Source: an uncultured Bacteroidota bacterium (GTDB lineage: Bacteria; Bacteroidota; Bacteroidia; AKYH767-A; OLB10). From it: a stretch of DNA of 64,000 nucleotides. Within the stretch, counting starts at the first letter, position 1. Each line of letters begins with the position of its first letter. Below the pieces are notes generated by a model, which was not told where the DNA came from, ran no database searches, and saw nothing but the letters and a program-made list of their open reading frames with translations. Both the position numbers and the translations under genes were made by a program. Positions 58,058-64,000 of the stretch are shown in pieces. The DNA lies in the NCBI GenBank assembly GCA_900696575.1, contig CAADHD010000018.1, forward strand, positions 151,106 to 215,105, written 5' to 3'.

Positions 58058-58396
58058 ATGATTGCTGCTTTCGTTGCCGCCTTCTTTGCCCGGGCGCAAA
58101 ATCAGGCACAGACACAAACAAGTAACAAACAAGTTGCCCCTGCAAAACAGGAAAGCAAGACTACCACTACGGAAGCCAGGCCGGCAACAACTGTCACACC
58201 TGCTGCTTCCCTACAGCCTAAGTATGCAGATTAGAAGCACGACTCACATGCCGAAAAGTATGATGACCATGCAAAGCATGAGATGCATGAGAGAAAAGAA
58301 ATGAAAAAGGCAGACGAAAAAGCAGAACTAAAACCTGAAGCAAAGCCCGCTGATAAAAAAGCGGCTCCGGCAAAAACGGATTCAAAGGCTAAATAA
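58058..58396 (+). pseudogene. Low-complexity secreted His/Lys/Ala-rich protein interrupted by in-frame TAG
   Basis: MIAAFVAAFFARAQNQ..KYAD*KHDSHAEKYDDHAKHEMHE..KAK*; TAG at 58232-58234, both halves in one frame; own terminator downstream. Confidence 0.65.
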
Positions 58397-58422
58397 ACTC
58401 AGCGTGCAGCAATTCTTTCGCC

Positions 58423-58449
58423 TCCCTGTTAACACGGGGAAGTTTTTTT
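58423..58449. terminator. Intrinsic terminator
   Basis: TCCCTGT-TAAC-ACGGGGA then AGTTTTTTT. Confidence 0.55.
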
Positions 58450-58497
58450 ATGCCTTGAAAAAATCTGATAACTGAAAAAAATCTTTTTGAAAAACCT

Positions 58498-59382
58498 TTA
58501 CCCTTTTAATGCTTCAGCACCACCCACAATTTCAAGAATTTCGTTGGTAATGGCTGCCTGGCGGGCTTTATTGTACTGCAGGCGCAGGTCGCGCAACAGT
58601 TCACCGGCATTGTCGGTTGCTTTGCTCATGGCTGTCATGCGTGCACCGTGTTCGCTGGCATTGGAATCGAGCAAGGCTTTGTAAAGCTGAGTCTTTAACG
58701 AGCGCGGAATCAAATCCTGAACAATTTCTGCTTTACCCGGCTCAAAAATGTAATCGTTGGCTGCCCCTTTCTTTTTATCTGTTGAGACAGGAGGAGTAAT
58801 CGGAAGAAAAGCTTCACTGGTTACATACTGCACCGCAGCATTTTTAAACCGGTTGTACACCAACACCACCCGGTCATAATTACCGGCTGCATATTCATTC
58901 ATGATTTGCTGTGCAATAGCAGCCGTATTATCGAAAGTAAGGTTATTGAAAATTTCATTATGATGACGCAAAAACACTCCGGGCTTCTTGTTGAAAAAAT
59001 CGCTTGCTTTTTTGCCGATGCAAAGTACTTTTACATTGCCGTTCTGATGCTGTTGTTTGTATTCAGCAGCAATGGCGCGGTTAACGTAGCGGATAATGTT
59101 GGAGTTGAAAGCGCCAGCCAGTCCGCGGTTGGAAGTAATAGCAACTATCAGAATTTTTTCTGCCGGACGAACTACTGCAAACCCCCCGCTTTCGGAAGCA
59201 TCAACACTGGAAGAAAGGTTTTCAAGAATTTCTCTCAATTTCGAAGCAAAAGGACGCATTTGTACAATGGCATCCTGCGCTCTGCGCAATTTGGCAGCCG
59301 AAACCATTTTCATGGCTTTGGTAATCTGCTGAGTGGAGTTAACAGATGCAATTCGTAAGCGGACTTCTTTAAGGCTTGCCAT
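58498..59382 (-). CDS. atpG: ATP synthase F1 gamma
   Basis: QITKAMKMVSAAKL, TSNRGLAGAFN, RMTAM..ATDNA, RQAAITNEI. Confidence 0.98.
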   Translation of the reverse strand: MASLKEVRLRIASVNSTQQITKAMKMVSAAKLRRAQDAIVQMRPFASKLREILENLSSSVDASESGGFAVVRPAEKILIVAITSNRGLAGAFNSNIIRYVNRAIAAEYKQQHQNGNVKVLCIGKKASDFFNKKPGVFLRHHNEIFNNLTFDNTAAIAQQIMNEYAAGNYDRVVLVYNRFKNAAVQYVTSEAFLPITPPVSTDKKKGAANDYIFEPGKAEIVQDLIPRSLKTQLYKALLDSNASEHGARMTAMSKATDNAGELLRDLRLQYNKARQAAITNEILEIVGGAEALKG

Positions 59383-59417
59383 TTGTTTTCAGCTTATCGG
59401 GAATCTTATGTAGTGAA

Positions 59418-61004
59418 TTATTTTTTCGCAGCGTATTTCGAAGAAAGTTCCTTCGCTATTTTTTCAATCAATGCAAGCACTTCCTCTTTCAACTCTCCAC
59501 GCTTTAGTGAATCAAGTGCATCTTTATGCTGTGCCTCCATCAGGTTAAGAAAGTCTGTTTCAAATTCTTTGATTTTATTCACCGGAACATTCATCAGCAA
59601 TCCTTTTGTTCCGCAGTAGATAATGGCAACCTGCTGTTCAACACGGAAAGGAGTAAACTGAGGCTGTTTAAGAATTTCCACGTTGCGCGAACCTTTATCA
59701 AGAACGGCTTTGGTGGCGGCATCAAGGTCGGAACCGAATTTTGAAAAAGCTTCGAGTTCGCGGTACTGTGCCTGGTCAAGCTTTAAGGTACCTGCAATTT
59801 TTTTCATGGATTTGATTTGTGCATTACCCCCTACGCGCGAAACGGAAATACCCACGTTAATGGCAGGTCGTACCCCGGCATTGAACAGATTGGCTTCAAG
59901 AAATATCTGTCCGTCAGTAATAGAAATTACATTGGTAGGGATGTATGCAGAAACGTCACCGGCCTGAGTTTCGATGATGGGCAGCGCTGTTAAAGAACCA
60001 CCGCCTTTAACTTTTCCTTTCAGAGAAGCAGGCAGGTCATTCATGTTTTTGGCGATGTCATCAGAGTTGATGATTTTGGCGGCACGCTCCAGCAAACGGG
60101 AGTGAAGGTAGAATACATCGCCCGGATAAGCTTCGCGGCCGGGAGGTCTTCGCAGCAGCAGGGAAACTTCGCGGTAAGCCACAGCCTGCTTAGAAAGATC
60201 ATCATAAACAATGAGTGCAGGCCGGCCGGTGTCTCGGAAATATTCACCAATAGCAGCGCCTGCCATGGGAGCAAAAAATTGCATAGGAGCAGGATCGGAT
60301 GCCGAAGCAGACACCACAATGGTATAAGGCATGGCTCCGCGTTCTTCCAGCGTTTTTACAATATTGGCAACGGTAGAACCCTTCTGACTTACGGCTACAT
60401 AAATACAGTAAACCGGCTTGCCGGCATCATAAAACTCGCGCTGGTTAATGATAGTGTCAATCGCAACGGCAGTCTTACCCGTTTGGCGGTCGCCAATGAT
60501 AAGCTCGCGCTGTCCGCGGCCGATCGGTATCATGGCATCAATGGCTTTAATACCGGTTTGCAGCGGCTCGTTTACCGGCTGACGGAAAATTACACCGGGA
60601 GCTTTGCGCTCAATGGGCATTTCTAAAAGCTCACCTTTGATAGGGCCTTTGCCGTCAATCGGATTTCCGAGGGCATCCACTACACGGCCAAGCATTCCTT
60701 CGCCAACTTTAATGGAGGCAATTTTTCCGGTGCGCCTGGCAATATCGCCTTCGCGGATGTCGCTTGACGGGCCGAGCAATACGGCTCCTACATTATCTTC
60801 TTCAAGATTAAGTACAACTCCCTGAAGGCCGTTTTCAAATTCAATCAATTCACCTGATTGCACTTTTGTTAATCCGTAAATGCGGGCAATGCCGTCACCT
60901 ACCTGAAGAACAGTTCCGGTTTCTTCTAATTCGTTGGCTGTGCGAAAGCCGGCTAATTGCTGGCGCAGTATTGCTGATACTTCGTCTGGTCTAACTTCTG
61001 CCAT
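59418..61004 (-). CDS. atpA: ATP synthase F1 alpha
   Basis: [40 protein letters not shown]. Confidence 0.99.
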   Translation of the reverse strand: MAEVRPDEVSAILRQQLAGFRTANELEETGTVLQVGDGIARIYGLTKVQSGELIEFENGLQGVVLNLEEDNVGAVLLGPSSDIREGDIARRTGKIASIKVGEGMLGRVVDALGNPIDGKGPIKGELLEMPIERKAPGVIFRQPVNEPLQTGIKAIDAMIPIGRGQRELIIGDRQTGKTAVAIDTIINQREFYDAGKPVYCIYVAVSQKGSTVANIVKTLEERGAMPYTIVVSASASDPAPMQFFAPMAGAAIGEYFRDTGRPALIVYDDLSKQAVAYREVSLLLRRPPGREAYPGDVFYLHSRLLERAAKIINSDDIAKNMNDLPASLKGKVKGGGSLTALPIIETQAGDVSAYIPTNVISITDGQIFLEANLFNAGVRPAINVGISVSRVGGNAQIKSMKKIAGTLKLDQAQYRELEAFSKFGSDLDAATKAVLDKGSRNVEILKQPQFTPFRVEQQVAIIYCGTKGLLMNVPVNKIKEFETDFLNLMEAQHKDALDSLKRGELKEEVLALIEKIAKELSSKYAAKK

Positions 61005-61043
61005 GATATGTAATGTTTTATGTTCAGTTTATAAAATAATAAA

Positions 61044-61601
61044 TCAATAATCTTTGAGGTAAAGGTTTTCCGAGAAATCCATGCGGAGCAAACGGAGTTT
61101 GCGGCTTACGCTGGCATCCACCTGCTTGTCGCCCCATCTGAGAATAAATCCTCCTATAATGGATGGGTCAAGCGTTTCAGTCAATTCAATTTTTCGTTTT
61201 GTTTCAGCAGTGAGGTAAGCCAGTATTTCCGATTTCAGTTTTTCATCTAATTTAACAGGGGTGAATACCTGCGCGGAAGTAATTCCTTTTGAATCGCGAT
61301 ACATATCAATAAAACTGCGGGCAATACTGTCTATGTAGGATTCACGTTTTTTTGATGTAATGATTTTCAGAAACGATGAGGTAAGCGCAGAAACTTTTTG
61401 AGAAAACAGAGCTGCAATTACGTTTTGTTTTTTATCTGTCTTGATAATCGGGTTTTTGAAAAACATGGCTAAGTCGCGGCTGCCTTGTACAGTAGAATGA
61501 ATCAACTGCATATCGTTAAACACGGCATCCGTTTCATTCCGTTCAGAGGCCAGATCAATCAATGATTTGGCATACCTGCGCGACAGTTTTGATTCGTTCA
61601 T
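61044..61601 (-). CDS. atpH: ATP synthase F1 delta
   Basis: RRYAKSL, DPSIIGGFILR..DASV. Confidence 0.95.
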   Translation of the reverse strand: MNESKLSRRYAKSLIDLASERNETDAVFNDMQLIHSTVQGSRDLAMFFKNPIIKTDKKQNVIAALFSQKVSALTSSFLKIITSKKRESYIDSIARSFIDMYRDSKGITSAQVFTPVKLDEKLKSEILAYLTAETKRKIELTETLDPSIIGGFILRWGDKQVDASVSRKLRLLRMDFSENLYLKDY

Positions 61602-61608
61602 CTGCTTA

Positions 61609-62103
61609 TCAATTCAGTTTTACATCCTTTAGCATTTCGCCAACCAGGGCTTTTTGTTTTTCATCGGTTGACAGTTGCTGGCGAATTACTTTTTCGGCAA
61701 TTTCAATAGAAAGGGTGGCAACCTGATTTTTTAAGTCGGTGATGGCAGCCATTTTTTCATTGTGAATGGTTTCGCGTGCAATTTTTATCAACCGGTCGGC
61801 TTCTTCTGTTGCTTTGCCGCGTGCTTCGTTAATGATATTGTCTTTGGCTTCGCGCGCTTCTTTTAGAATTTTATCGCGCTCATTGCGCGCTTCGGCTAAA
61901 AGTTTTTCGTTGTCGGCTTTCAGATTTGCCATTTCATTTCTGGCTTTTTCTGCCGAGCGAAGCGAGTCTTCAATTGAGTGCTCCCGTTCTTTAAGTGCCT
62001 TCAGTATGGGTTTCCATGCAAATTTGGTAAGCAGGAAAACCAGAATGCCGAATGAAAGCAGCATCCAGAAAATGAGTCCGAAATCGGGTTTTACTAATTC
62101 CAT
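61609..62103 (-). CDS. atpF: ATP synthase F0 subunit b
   Basis: PDFGLIFW, KFAWKPIL..L.ERE, coiled coil. Confidence 0.96.
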   Translation of the reverse strand: MELVKPDFGLIFWMLLSFGILVFLLTKFAWKPILKALKEREHSIEDSLRSAEKARNEMANLKADNEKLLAEARNERDKILKEAREAKDNIINEARGKATEEADRLIKIARETIHNEKMAAITDLKNQVATLSIEIAEKVIRQQLSTDEKQKALVGEMLKDVKLN

Positions 62104-62184
62104 ATTGTCAGATTTTTAATTCAGTTTTTAAAAATCTGCCTTGCAGCCAGGCGCTGCAAAGCAGATTGAGTTTTGCGGAACAGG

Positions 62185-63566
<1,382 letters not shown>

Positions 63567-63597
63567 GCTAAAAAATGGCGGTTTTTAAAACGGAGCG

Positions 63598-63605
63598 CAA
63601 ATGTA
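63598..63605 (-). promoter_or_regulatory. -7 promoter element of the atp operon
   Basis: TACATTTG on the minus strand 32 bp upstream of atpB. Confidence 0.6.
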
Positions 63606-63698
63606 TAAATCCGGTTCTTAAAACAATGGTTTGCCTCATGATTTTAATTGCATTAATTATGCGTGATGACAAGAATTCATTTTGAATCACTTCTTATG

Positions 63699-63731
63699 AA
63701 AAAACCCGCTCCATCTGTTGAAGAAGCGGGT
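63699..63731 (-). terminator. Intrinsic terminator
   Basis: A6-CCCGCT...AGCGGGT, T-tail on the minus strand, after the 63780 stop. Confidence 0.5.
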
Positions 63732-63779
63732 AAACCTGAAACTATATGCTGAAAAAACTATTGTGAGCTTTTTTATTTT

Positions 63780-63998
63780 TTATCCGACAGCAGGAAAAAG
63801 TATATTAAGAAGCAGAGCGATGATAGCGGATAATGCGCTGAACTCAGCCGAAACAAAAGGTATGTTAAATTCCGGTTTGAAATGGTTGTTTTCTGATTCG
63901 GCTATGACCACATTATTATTGCTCCTGCAGGTTTTTGCTGTAACCGTTACTTCTGCCAACTGAACCACCGGGATTATTTCATTGCCGCGTACTTGTGC
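63780..63998 (-). CDS. Hypothetical protein, C-terminal fragment entering from the window edge
   Basis: Open frame from the window end: AQVRGNEIIPVVQLAEVTVTAK..hydrophobic C-terminus; followed by a terminator. Confidence 0.5.
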   Translation of the reverse strand, partial: AQVRGNEIIPVVQLAEVTVTAKTCRSNNNVVIAESENNHFKPEFNIPFVSAEFSALSAIIALLLNILFPAVG

Positions 63999-64000
63999 CG

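Noticed and set aside
20188-58234. Alternative genetic code or stop recoding to explain in-frame TAA/TAG in TMEM175, AbiV and the 58058 ORF
   Set aside because: Conserved genes here terminate normally at TAG (radA, ppk1, gmk) and TAA (clpB, atpA); TMEM175 also has a frameshift

Overview
Bacteroidota chromosomal segment, judged from TAnnTTTG -7 promoter boxes, T9SS C-terminal sorting domains, Gln-after-signal-peptide N-termini and an atpBEFHAG operon lacking atpD/C. About 1-31 kb and 53.5-64 kb are mostly housekeeping: panD, rfaE2, radA, an ABC importer, tRNA-Ala(GGC), MATE, ppk1-ppx, PDH E2, ALDH/GH20/deoC, pssA-purS, yicC-gmk-nadD-lysA, an amidohydrolase pair, clpB and ATP synthase. An accessory region at about 31.6-53.3 kb is punctuated by three copies of a composite palindromic (REP/BIME-like) element. 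It holds an AT-rich AbiV-family gene with a nonsense codon at position 8, a secreted prenyltransferase/squalene-cyclase-repeat protein, and an ~18.5 kb block bracketed by ~270-bp direct repeats. That block encodes what looks like an undescribed cell-surface cohesin-dockerin system: T9SS-exported cohesin scaffoldins, a beta-helix protein with a dockerin-like tail, four copies of one uncharacterised ~230-aa domain, a SusD-less TonB-dependent receptor and a FISUMP lipoprotein. It also carries a PlcP-like phosphoesterase/glycosyltransferase/GH1 operon. A shared 11-bp-period TTAAC direct-repeat motif, also found upstream of ppk1, hints at phosphate-starvation control. Other points: a TMEM175 pseudogene, an amber-interrupted His-rich ORF missed by the ORF track, and a cytochrome c'-beta/DUF2024/MarR unit with a visible operator. 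All family assignments come from motif recognition by eye; no searches were run.
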